Shown here: positions 10,142 to 19,352 of the stretch, one piece after another | Layout: the number at the start of each line of letters is the position of its first letter | Numbering within the stretch: position 1 is the stretch's first letter | Assembly: GCA_017430135.1 (NCBI GenBank) | Contig: JAFRNM010000004.1 | Span: 69,499-133,498 of the forward strand | DNA length: 64,000 bases | Direction: 5' to 3' | DNA from: Clostridia bacterium | GTDB taxonomy: Bacteria; Bacillota; Clostridia; TANB77; CAG-508 | The notes under the pieces: generated by a model | Told to the model about the DNA's origin: nothing | The model's database searches: none | What the model saw: the letters and a program-made list of their open reading frames with translations, nothing else | Made by a program: the position numbers and the translations under genes

Positions 10142-10972
10142 ATGAAAATTCGAGTAAAACATGAAAGTAAAGCATTAATAATTGCATTTATATCCTTAGC
10201 AGCAATATTATATGCATACTGGTACTTTGTTGTTTCACCAATTGTAAATAATATAAGTTTTGCTAATGAAGTTTCGAAATTTATTATAAAAAACGATGAT
10301 CCAATTTTTAAAATAGATGAAGTAATCCTTTACAGCAGTGCGGCAGCGGAGGATAAAAGTGAAGGACAGATTTTAAAAGATTTGGACATTTCTCAATTTA
10401 CTGATATTTCGATAAAAATAGATAACAAATCTTACATTTCAGAATTAAATAATAAAAATACAGTTAGTGAACTTTATATTGATAATATTAAGATTACAAG
10501 GGAAACAGACCAAGGTGAAAGTAGATTGAACTACAAAAGTCCAATTATTTTTGGAAAATATAGCGATTCAATTGAGCAAACTGATAGGATAGATTTTAAT
10601 ATTTTGCACACAAATGAGGATAATAAAAATAACGATTTCTCAAAACCTACATTTTTTACAGATTGTTCAAACCCTATTACTTTGGGTTATTTAAATAAAA
10701 ATGTTAAAACAAATGCTGAGATTTCAACTACTAATGAAAAAATTGATTTTAATGGAAAATTGCTTAAACTTGCCGATGTTCCAATTAAGGACGTTGCGTA
10801 CAGGGTTAGTTTCCAAATTCATTTGAAAAACAGCTTGGAAGAGTCTTTTGTTTATTCAATGGATTTGAATTTGCCAATGCAGGAGAAGAGCTCAAGTATT
10901 TATGATGGTTATATTTTTAAGAAGATGCTTAACCAATCAAAATCTTACTACTTTTTGAGGGAAAATTTATAG
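10142..10972 (+). CDS. Hypothetical protein with an N-terminal membrane anchor.
   Basis: RBS GGAGTTAATA before the ATG. N-terminal TM segment ALIIAFISLAAILYAYWYFVV. No known motifs. Confidence 0.6.
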   Translation: MKIRVKHESKALIIAFISLAAILYAYWYFVVSPIVNNISFANEVSKFIIKNDDPIFKIDEVILYSSAAAEDKSEGQILKDLDISQFTDISIKIDNKSYISELNNKNTVSELYIDNIKITRETDQGESRLNYKSPIIFGKYSDSIEQTDRIDFNILHTNEDNKNNDFSKPTFFTDCSNPITLGYLNKNVKTNAEISTTNEKIDFNGKLLKLADVPIKDVAYRVSFQIHLKNSLEESFVYSMDLNLPMQEKSSSIYDGYIFKKMLNQSKSYYFLRENL

Positions 10973-10978
10973 AAAATA

Positions 10979-11007
10979 TTGACATTTTATAAAAATAGTA
11001 GTATAAT
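10979..11007 (+). promoter_or_regulatory. Consensus sigma-A promoter: TTGACA, 17 bp spacer, TATAAT.
   Basis: TTGACA at 10979-10984, spacer ttttataaaaatagtag (17 nt), TATAAT at 11002-11007. It drives a ~75 nt transcript that ends at a hairpin (11059-11083) followed by TTTTTT. Confidence 0.6.
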
Positions 11008-11013
11008 CTTATT

Positions 11014-11090
11014 AAATAACTCGAGTATCATCTGTGCTCGTAGAAAGTCATGAAAGCTGGGATATGTTGGTCGCATATCTCATTTTTTAT
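11014..11090 (+). ncRNA. Candidate small RNA or leader-peptide transcript, from the perfect promoter to an intrinsic terminator.
   Basis: Predicted TSS ~11014. Hairpin GGGATATG-ttggtcg-CATATCTC followed by a TTTTTT tract. Contains a 15-codon ORF MKAGICWSHISFFIK with a weak RBS. Confidence 0.35.
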
Positions 11091-11142
11091 TAAATAAAAA
11101 ATGAGCAGTTGGTCAAACTGCTCTCGAAATAGGTTTTGAATC

Positions 11143-11238
11143 CTATTTCTCATCTGTGTTTGTGTTATTAATATTAGAGCTTTCGTTATTATGTAATATT
11201 TTTTCAATTAACAACCAAATTAAATCGTAAGATGTCAT
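11143..11238 (-). CDS. Small ORF (31 aa, MTSYDLIWLLIEKILHNNESSNINNTNTDEK) with a strong Shine-Dalgarno and its own terminator. It is absent from the ORF track because of its length.
   Basis: On the minus strand GAAAGGAGGAAACTTTC precedes the ATG. Stop TAG at 11143-11145. Intrinsic terminator (GAGCAGTT-tgaccaa-CTGCTC plus T-tract) at 11095-11123. Confidence 0.45.
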   Translation of the reverse strand: MTSYDLIWLLIEKILHNNESSNINNTNTDEK

Positions 11239-11516
11239 GAAAGTTTCCTCCTTTCTTATAGATTTCCTATAATTAGGATTGAAGCTATTATACAATAAAA
11301 AGATGACAAAAACAATAGTTTGTATGAAAAAAATTCAACAAATTATTGCTTTTTTTTTCACTATATAATAAAATAAAAAACAAATCTTGATATAAAAAAT
11401 AAAATAATAAAAATATATATCACAAAAAGTAGAAAACTTTTTATATTAAGCTTCCCTAAAGCGACAAAAAACACAAAAGACAAGTAGTAAAATAAGCCTA
11501 TAAAAAGTTAAAGAGG

Positions 11517-13997
11517 GTGATAAGGATGTTTCAAAATATAGAAGGAGTAGCGGAAGAGAGAGCAAACTACTCAAAAATAAAAGTAAGAAAGTTTGGTATG
11601 CTTGCAAATGTATTTGAACTACGAAATATTGCAATATACATTGTAAGCTTAATGGTTTCAATGGTCGGAATGGAAAATACAATTTCACCATTTGCGGTCA
11701 GCATTTTTGCGGCGTGTTTTGCCACGCAAATACCTTTGCTGGGAGTAGTGGTAGTTAGCCTAATAGGAACTGGGATAAGCTTTGGAATTGAAGGCTTGCT
11801 GACATATATGCTTACAGCATTGGTAATGATAGCAACATTTTTTATAATAAAACCTAAATACAATTTAGATGAAAGAAACGAAAAACTGAAGGTTGCAAAG
11901 CATGTATTTATTGCTAGCATTATAGTTCAGCTTGCTAAAATGTTTATGGCTGGATTTACAATATATGATTTTTTGGTTAGTTTCACATTTTCAATAATTA
12001 GCGTAGTTTTTTACAAAATATTTGTAAATTCTCTAACAGTTTTACAAGATTTCAAAGAAAGCAGGGCGTTTTCGATAGAAGAAGTAATGGGGACAAGTCT
12101 TCTACTTGCTATTGCCGTAAGCTGTTTTGGAGATTTAGCAATATTTGGTTTTGGAATAAGAAACATTTTAAGTATTTTAATTGTAATGTTTTTAGGTTGG
12201 AAAAATGGAATTTTAGTTGGAACAACTTCTGGTGTTACAATTGGCGTAACACTTGGAATAATTGCAAATACAGAACCTATAATGATTGCAGCATATGCAA
12301 TTTCTGGAATGGTTGCAGGTGTATTAAATAGATTTGGTAAACCTGGTGTAATAGTAGGGTTCTGCCTTGGAAATATTGTTCTTGCTTATGTTTCAAATGG
12401 TTACACAATTGAACTAATCCATTTTAAAGAAATTTTAATTGCATCAATTGGTTTACTTGCGATTCCTAAAAAAGTCAATATAAATATAGAAGACTTTATG
12501 CAAAATGGTTCAAAACTTTTTCCGGATTTTCCAAATAGAGGATTAAACAGAAGCAAAGAAGCCGCTGAACAACTAAATAACGTATCTCAGACAATTAAGC
12601 AAATGGCAAAAACTTATAAAAAAATAGAAGATGCACACATAACAAATAATGTATGGAATGATAATAAAAAAATCTTTATATCAGAATTATTGGATTGTTT
12701 AGAGCCATATAAAGAAAACATGTTATATGATGATTTGGCTAAAACAGAGAGTAAACTTGTAGATGATGTTTTTAAATATGTTATGGACAAGCAAGAAATG
12801 AGCAAAGAAGCCCTATTGGGGATTTTTGCAGACAACAATAATTACATAGTTAGCCCTCAAGATGAGGCTTTGAGCAAAAAGTTAGAAACAAATATCGAGC
12901 AAATGGTAAGGTGTGTTAACACAGCATTTAAGCTTAGTAAAACAAATTATGTTTGGATGAAAAAAATGGAAGAAACTAAGCAAAATATGGAGGCACAACT
13001 AAACCATGTTTCAGATGCGATTTCTGGAATTGCTCAAAATATGGAAAATGACATTAAAAAAGAAGTTGAATTTGGAGAAGAAAAACGCCAAATTATTGAT
13101 AAATTAAAGCTAAAAAGTATTATGGCAGAGGAACTTGCAATAAAGAAAAATGGCAGATTTTTTGTAGAAATCTTTTTAGAAAATTCGCAAGTTCAAGAGG
13201 CTGGAACCATTGAATATTACTTGCAAGAGGGAGAAAATAAGAATCAAATAGAGCAAATAGTTTCAGAGGTTTTAAAAGAGAGAATAGTTGTTAATCAAGA
13301 TGAATGTGTGGCAAATAAAATTAGCCTTATTTCAGATGATAAATTCATTATGGCAATTGGTACAGCAAGCAAAAATAAGGACAAGCAAGAGATTAGCGGA
13401 GATAACATTATAACAACTAAGTTAAAGGATGGAAAATATCTTGTAGCAATAAGTGATGGAATGGGCTCAGGAGAGGCCGCAAATCAAAGCAGTATACAGG
13501 CTCTGAACATGCTAGAAAGTCTTCTGCTAACAGGTTTTGATAAAAACACTTCAATAGAATTAATAAATACAAGCCTAATAAATAATGGCGAAGAAAACTT
13601 TGCAACACTTGATATTGCTATAGTTGACCTATATGCTGGAACAATAGAAATGATAAAAAATGGAGCTTGCCCAACATACTTTAAAAATAAGAAAAAAGTG
13701 CAAGTTATAAAATCAAAATCACTTCCTGCAGGAATGATTGAAAACCTTCAGCTAGAAGTGTTTGAAAAAGACATACAAAGCCGTGAAATAATGTTAATGT
13801 GCACAGATGGAATATTAGATTCAAATGTTGAATACAAAAACAAAGAACTATGGATTAAATACTTGCTAGAAGACATGGAAACAGACAACACTAAAAAAAT
13901 GGCAGACTTAGTTCTAAACGAAGCAATAGACAACAACTTTGGCGTACCAAAAGATGACATGACAATATTTGTTTGTAAATTTAGAGAAAAAGAATAA
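11517..13997 (+). CDS. spoIIE: Stage II sporulation protein E (PP2C-type serine phosphatase with a polytopic N-terminal membrane domain).
   Basis: About 10 N-terminal TM helices, a long central linker, and a C-terminal PP2C domain (LVAISDGMGSGEAA ... MLMCTDGILD). RBS AAGAGGGTGATAAGG before the ATG. Synteny with tilS and ftsH as in Bacillus. Confidence 0.85.
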   Translation: MIRMFQNIEGVAEERANYSKIKVRKFGMLANVFELRNIAIYIVSLMVSMVGMENTISPFAVSIFAACFATQIPLLGVVVVSLIGTGISFGIEGLLTYMLTALVMIATFFIIKPKYNLDERNEKLKVAKHVFIASIIVQLAKMFMAGFTIYDFLVSFTFSIISVVFYKIFVNSLTVLQDFKESRAFSIEEVMGTSLLLAIAVSCFGDLAIFGFGIRNILSILIVMFLGWKNGILVGTTSGVTIGVTLGIIANTEPIMIAAYAISGMVAGVLNRFGKPGVIVGFCLGNIVLAYVSNGYTIELIHFKEILIASIGLLAIPKKVNINIEDFMQNGSKLFPDFPNRGLNRSKEAAEQLNNVSQTIKQMAKTYKKIEDAHITNNVWNDNKKIFISELLDCLEPYKENMLYDDLAKTESKLVDDVFKYVMDKQEMSKEALLGIFADNNNYIVSPQDEALSKKLETNIEQMVRCVNTAFKLSKTNYVWMKKMEETKQNMEAQLNHVSDAISGIAQNMENDIKKEVEFGEEKRQIIDKLKLKSIMAEELAIKKNGRFFVEIFLENSQVQEAGTIEYYLQEGENKNQIEQIVSEVLKERIVVNQDECVANKISLISDDKFIMAIGTASKNKDKQEISGDNIITTKLKDGKYLVAISDGMGSGEAANQSSIQALNMLESLLLTGFDKNTSIELINTSLINNGEENFATLDIAIVDLYAGTIEMIKNGACPTYFKNKKKVQVIKSKSLPAGMIENLQLEVFEKDIQSREIMLMCTDGILDSNVEYKNKELWIKYLLEDMETDNTKKMADLVLNEAIDNNFGVPKDDMTIFVCKFREKE

Positions 13998-14012
13998 AAA
14001 ATAATCAAAAAA

Positions 14013-14037
14013 ATCTCGGGTAAACCGGGATTTTTTT
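14013..14037 (+). terminator. Intrinsic terminator of spoIIE.
   Basis: TCTCGG-gtaaa-CCGGGA hairpin followed by TTTTTTT. Confidence 0.6.
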
Positions 14038-14043
14038 CGATAC

Positions 14044-14170
14044 TTTTTGGGACACTCTTAAAATTCCAGACTTTTTGGGACACTCTTAAAAGTCAAGGTT
14101 TGTTTAACCGAACCTTGACTTTTAAGAGTGTCCCAAAAAGTCTGGAATTTTAAGAGTGTCCCCAAAAGTT
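14044..14170. repeat. About 127 bp near-perfect palindrome carrying four copies of the 20-mer TTTTTGGGACACTCTTAAAA, two per arm (family member B).
   Basis: TTTTTGGGACACTCTTAAAA-TTCCAGAC-TTTTTGGGACACTCTTAAAA-GTCAAGGTT-tgtttaaccg-AACCTTGAC-TTTTAAGAGTGTCCCAAAAA-GTCTGGAA-TTTTAAGAGTGTCCCCAAAA. Confidence 0.8.
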
Positions 14171-14343
14171 TGATGTAATATAAATGTAATATAAATTTAA
14201 AATTTGAAACAGAAAATCCCTCAAAAGCCCTTCCGTAGCAAGATATTTAACGTTTTTTGCTTGCTGTAAAAATCATCTATTTACTTTTATAAAAATATTT
14301 TGTAGTATTTAGATAAGAAAATAATTTTTAAAGGAGAAAAATT

Positions 14344-17300
14344 ATGGATAGGTTTAAGGGAAAGAAAAAGCAAATTATTTTAGGACATTTAGTGGCATTA
14401 TTGATTTTAATGTCATACATTTTGCCTGATGTTTTGATGGTTGCTAAATCAGTTACAACTATTAAAACTGCAGATATGAAAAAAACATTGAGCAGAAGAA
14501 GCGAAGAAGACGAAATACGATTTGAACAAAGAGGACCAATCGAGATAGATCTAGCTAATGAATACTTATATTTATTTTTAGAAAATTATGAAAATTATGA
14601 TATATGGGATAGCATAACTTCGAGTTTGACTGGTTCAGGCACTGTCCTTAAAAAATATAGTGTTAAAAATGATGATCCAAGTGTGGCTGAGGTAGTAGAA
14701 GAAGCTGAAACTTATATTAAATTAAAATTAAAAAAAGAAGGAAAAACGTATATAACAGTTTACTATGACGATTATGATCCTTTTGATTCTATTGAAGTGA
14801 GAGTTAAAGATTCACATAAAGAAGAAGCAGAACAGGAAGCCAACCAAGAAATAGTTTCTGAGTCTGTAAGCTTATATAAAAAGAATGTTGTATTACGCGT
14901 TGGTCAAATAGTACCTGTAAATTTTGATGCAAATGTACGTGTAATGCCTTGGTTTATAAATCCAAATCAAAAATGTGCTGATGTAGAAGTAATACAAGAT
15001 AATGTGGGATATTCAGGACAGAAAAAACATGTTAATGTTTTAGGAAAACAAGTTGGACAAACAAGATTAGTATTAGTTAGTGCTAATGGAACCTCCGATT
15101 ATGTTGATATTACTGTTATTAAAGCAGGGAATAATGGACAAGCAAGCAGTACAGAACCAGGACAACAATCAAACAATCAACAACAGTCAAGCAACCAACA
15201 ACAATCAAACAATCAACAACAGCAACAAGAATATATACCTGAACCACAAGCAATGATTAATCCAGATTCAACAGGTGATATTTACTTAAAACCAGGAGAA
15301 AATCACGAAATTCATTTACTTAATGTAGATAGATGGGAAAATGCTGTTATAGATAATAATAGTGTAATAGACGGATTTAACTTTGATCCTAATAATTATA
15401 CACATCTTGGTATTTGGGCTCAGTCTGATATAAAATACAATACATGGACACAACTTCATCTTTTAAATTATGGAAATAGAGATTGGAGTGGAGGAAATTA
15501 TCACTGGATGGTATATGTTCAAGCTGAACCAATAATAGAACAAAGAAACGATATCCATTTATATGTAGGCGAAGAACTAACTTTAATGGAAAATGGAGAT
15601 AAAACAAATTATGGTTTTATGGATTCAACTAATGGCGCAGTATCTTACCAGGTTGGAGATGGTACAACTCATCCAATAACAATTAAGGCTGACAAAGTTG
15701 GAACAGGAAGATTAAAAGTTGAAGGATATGGAAATTCAAAATGGGGATATGGATATACAAAAACATATAATATTATAGTAACAGAAAGACCAGTAATAAA
15801 CTATACACAAAATACTATAAAACTTGTAAGAGGTGAAACTGCAACTGCAGTATTCAAACCAGCTAATTACAGAACAATAACTTTAAATACTGATAATAAT
15901 CATGCATTAGTAAATAATACTGATGAAGGTTATGTTAAAGATGCTAATGGAAATATAACAGGTTTAAAAATAACAGGAAATACAACAGGGAAAACAACAA
16001 TAAAAGCAACAATAACAGATGACTGGGGTAAAACGGCAGTAGTAACATACAATGTTGAAGTTTATGAACCTTTAACAGTTACATCAATAACACCAAAAAA
16101 TTTAGTACAAGATTCAGAAGGAAATTATTGGGGAACCGAAAAAGACTTAGTATTTAGAGTACAATTCAATCAAAAAGTTAGTGAACTTTCAAAAAGCAAT
16201 ATATTAAATTACTATAATGGTACATCTGTTGGAACAGTAACAAATATTGAAAGAAAAAATGATGCAACATTTGATGTTACTGTAACTTTAAAAGATTCTA
16301 TTACATTTAGAAATGGTGTTCAATTTAATGTGATTTCACCAATCACAATTTATGGAACAAATATAATGTTATCAGATTCAGCAAGTTTTACGTATAATAT
16401 TGATACAGAAGGACCAAAAGTAACAAGTGTAAAACCATACATAAGCACAGAGAACCTAAATGATATTGTTGTGGAATTCACAGTAAAAGACAATAATAAA
16501 ATGAAAGTTGAAGATGGAGTAGACTATAGATATGTAAACCCTACTGGAATAACAGCTGATATAAGAGAATTAAAATTCTTAATTGATGGTAGTGCTATAA
16601 GTAATATAGATTTTGAAGCATTAAGTAAAACAGAAGAAAAATTTACATATAAAGCAACTCTACATTTAGCTGACTTAGAAAGCAAAAGAGATTCAGACTT
16701 AACATTCAAATTATTGCCTGATTTTAACGAAAGTGTAAAAGACATAGCTGGAAATAGGACTGAAAGATTTGAAAAATCATATAATATTGGATATTTATTA
16801 GATAGTTATCAAAATGCTGGAAATGAAGGCGAGGCAAAAGAATATAAATATTTATTTGATGACCAAGATGATGTTGATACAATTAAACCAGACATTAGTT
16901 TAACAAGATTTACTAAAAAATATATAAAAGAAAATGGAAAAGTATATGTTATTTTAACATCTCAATTGGCTGTAACTGATGAAAATTACTTAGATCCAGA
17001 AGCTCCTGGGTTAGTGAATAATAGCAATGTTATTGCATTGAAAAAAGCACCAGCTACAATATCACTTGATGCAAATTTAACAACAGTAGAAGAAGTTATG
17101 ACTACTTCTAAAATGCGCGTATTTTTAGTTACAACAAAGATAGAATTAGATAGTAATGGATTTACTGAATGGACATATGATTTAAATTTAAATTCTGTAA
17201 ATGGTGCATGTGCAGATGTTGCAGGAAATAGATTTGATGCTGATTCTTTAAGTGAGTTAATAGATGATGAAAATGATTTAGTAATTAGTTCAGAAGATAG

Positions 17301-19209
17301 AGAATTTATAGAAACTGTAGCTTCTGAAGGTGATACTCAAGACACACAAAAACCAACAATATCAGCATATAATACTACAAAGAAAATTACTGAATTAGGT
17401 GGAAAATATTATATATCATTTATTACAAATGTTGTTGTAAATGATGAAACAGAAATTAAAGCTGATGCAGCAAATATAGATAGTTCTAATTTAACAATAG
17501 AATTTTCAAAAGAAGTTGGGAACTATCAATCAAGAATAACAAACAAAACAATTGAAGGTTCAACAAAAGAAAGAGCTTACACTATAACAACCATAGCAGA
17601 AATTACTATAGAAATGCTAGAAGCTGGGGATTTATATTATAGTTTTGAAATAGATTCATCAGGCAATAATGCATGTGAAGATACTGCAGGAAACGTGTTT
17701 GATAAATTAACTAAAGCAAATACTGCAAGTATTTCTAAAACAGAACTAGAAACATTCAAAAATACAGATAATGTTAGACCTGAAATAACAATGAATAGTA
17801 TAACAAAAGAAATAAAAGAAGATACAAATGGAAAATATGCAGAAGTTGTAGCAAACTTTACAATATCAGATGACAGAGCTATGGATACAAATTTAGAAGC
17901 TTTAATAAGAGATAGAGATATAATGATATATAGATATACTTATGATAGCGATAATGAATTTAAAGATTGTGCTCCAGCTGTGTTTAGTATAAGTGAGCCT
18001 GAGTGGGATATGGAGAATTCAAAACATCCTTGTACATATACAGTAACAATAACTGATAGAAATATTGAGGATGAAGATACAATAGAATATGAAATTTCAA
18101 TTACTCCAAAATATATTAAAGATACTAGTGGTAATATACCAAATGATTATTTATTAAGAAGTTCAAAAGATTATACAAAATATATAAGACAAGTCCAAGT
18201 AGTAAATAAAGAAGTTGAAATCGACGTAGAATCTGATGCAAACGCTGGATGGCAAAAATCACATTATGTAATAGTAGACTTAATGGATAGTGAAGATGAA
18301 AACTATGTTGATGAAAGCTATTCATTTAAATGGGTAAATGCTGAAAATAATAAAGTCGTAGAAAGCGGAAAAGCGCTACTTGGCGATAGAATTACAAAAG
18401 GAAATTTAAACGGATTATATAACTTTGTATATGAAGTTAATAGTAGTACAGCTGAAGGAAAATTAACTGGAATAGTTGGGCCATTTAAGTTTGATAATGA
18501 GGTATCAGAAGCGGAAAAAGCAAAACTTGTATTTAAAGAGGTTGGAACAAATAATAATGTATTTAATGAAAATGACATTGTAGAAGATGAAGAAACTAGG
18601 TCTGCTATAAATGCAATTTTAGGAAATACTGGAATAAGTATTGCTAAAGCTTATAAAACATCTTATACAAATAAAGACATAAATGTTTCAATTGTTAATG
18701 GCAATGGAACAGAAAACGGAAGCGGATTCAAACAAGCAGGATTTATAGTTGATATAGAAAGCTTATTAAATGGTGAAGATTTTGTTGCATCTACAAATCT
18801 TACAGAAGATAGAAAATATTTTATTATTCTAGGAACAGAAGATAATTGTGGAAATAAACTATATGAACTTTATGTTGTAGACAAAGAAGAAATTACACAA
18901 AGTGAGGAAGGCGAATCAAAAATTTCATCTACTAATAACGAAGGTGGAAGCCAAGGAGAAAATAATCAAGGCGGAAACGAAACTGGAACAGAAGGTGAAC
19001 TAAGCGAAGAAGAGAAAAAATTAATAGAAGAAATGGAAAAAGAATTGGCAGAAAAACAACAAATAGAAAAAGCAAAAGAAACTGCACAAGAGACATCAAA
19101 GAAAATGGGCGAAATAAACAAAGCAGGTATGGAATATTTCATGGTTCCAGCAATAATTGGATTAGTGGCAATTGCGGTTATTTCAATAAAAAAATATAGA
19201 AATTTATAA
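14344..19209 (+). CDS. Giant cell-surface protein (1621 aa). It has an N-terminal signal/anchor, Ig-like (Big-type) beta-rich repeats, a Gln/Asn-rich low-complexity linker and a C-terminal transmembrane anchor.
   Basis: RBS AAAGGAGAAAAATT before the ATG. N-terminal hydrophobic segment LGHLVALLILMSYILP. QQSNNQQQSSNQQQSNNQQQQQ linker. C-terminal YFMVPAIIGLVAIAVISIKKYRNL with no LPXTG motif. Acidic tail with EEEKKLIEEMEKELAEKQQIEKAKE. Confidence 0.8.
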   Translation: MDRFKGKKKQIILGHLVALLILMSYILPDVLMVAKSVTTIKTADMKKTLSRRSEEDEIRFEQRGPIEIDLANEYLYLFLENYENYDIWDSITSSLTGSGTVLKKYSVKNDDPSVAEVVEEAETYIKLKLKKEGKTYITVYYDDYDPFDSIEVRVKDSHKEEAEQEANQEIVSESVSLYKKNVVLRVGQIVPVNFDANVRVMPWFINPNQKCADVEVIQDNVGYSGQKKHVNVLGKQVGQTRLVLVSANGTSDYVDITVIKAGNNGQASSTEPGQQSNNQQQSSNQQQSNNQQQQQEYIPEPQAMINPDSTGDIYLKPGENHEIHLLNVDRWENAVIDNNSVIDGFNFDPNNYTHLGIWAQSDIKYNTWTQLHLLNYGNRDWSGGNYHWMVYVQAEPIIEQRNDIHLYVGEELTLMENGDKTNYGFMDSTNGAVSYQVGDGTTHPITIKADKVGTGRLKVEGYGNSKWGYGYTKTYNIIVTERPVINYTQNTIKLVRGETATAVFKPANYRTITLNTDNNHALVNNTDEGYVKDANGNITGLKITGNTTGKTTIKATITDDWGKTAVVTYNVEVYEPLTVTSITPKNLVQDSEGNYWGTEKDLVFRVQFNQKVSELSKSNILNYYNGTSVGTVTNIERKNDATFDVTVTLKDSITFRNGVQFNVISPITIYGTNIMLSDSASFTYNIDTEGPKVTSVKPYISTENLNDIVVEFTVKDNNKMKVEDGVDYRYVNPTGITADIRELKFLIDGSAISNIDFEALSKTEEKFTYKATLHLADLESKRDSDLTFKLLPDFNESVKDIAGNRTERFEKSYNIGYLLDSYQNAGNEGEAKEYKYLFDDQDDVDTIKPDISLTRFTKKYIKENGKVYVILTSQLAVTDENYLDPEAPGLVNNSNVIALKKAPATISLDANLTTVEEVMTTSKMRVFLVTTKIELDSNGFTEWTYDLNLNSVNGACADVAGNRFDADSLSELIDDENDLVISSEDREFIETVASEGDTQDTQKPTISAYNTTKKITELGGKYYISFITNVVVNDETEIKADAANIDSSNLTIEFSKEVGNYQSRITNKTIEGSTKERAYTITTIAEITIEMLEAGDLYYSFEIDSSGNNACEDTAGNVFDKLTKANTASISKTELETFKNTDNVRPEITMNSITKEIKEDTNGKYAEVVANFTISDDRAMDTNLEALIRDRDIMIYRYTYDSDNEFKDCAPAVFSISEPEWDMENSKHPCTYTVTITDRNIEDEDTIEYEISITPKYIKDTSGNIPNDYLLRSSKDYTKYIRQVQVVNKEVEIDVESDANAGWQKSHYVIVDLMDSEDENYVDESYSFKWVNAENNKVVESGKALLGDRITKGNLNGLYNFVYEVNSSTAEGKLTGIVGPFKFDNEVSEAEKAKLVFKEVGTNNNVFNENDIVEDEETRSAINAILGNTGISIAKAYKTSYTNKDINVSIVNGNGTENGSGFKQAGFIVDIESLLNGEDFVASTNLTEDRKYFIILGTEDNCGNKLYELYVVDKEEITQSEEGESKISSTNNEGGSQGENNQGGNETGTEGELSEEEKKLIEEMEKELAEKQQIEKAKETAQETSKKMGEINKAGMEYFMVPAIIGLVAIAVISIKKYRNL

Positions 19210-19240
19210 AAAATTCTCGGCATAGCCGAGAATTTTTTTA
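19210..19240 (+). terminator. Intrinsic terminator.
   Basis: ATTCTCGGC-ata-GCCGAGAAT hairpin followed by TTTTTTT. Confidence 0.7.
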
Positions 19241-19352
19241 AAATCCCTTGCCAAAAAATAAATTTTAGTCTAAAATACTATATGCAAACTAGGGGAAACA
19301 AAAGATTTAAGAAAGGAGCCGTTTTTCTTACGGCAATAGGTATTTAGAAAAA

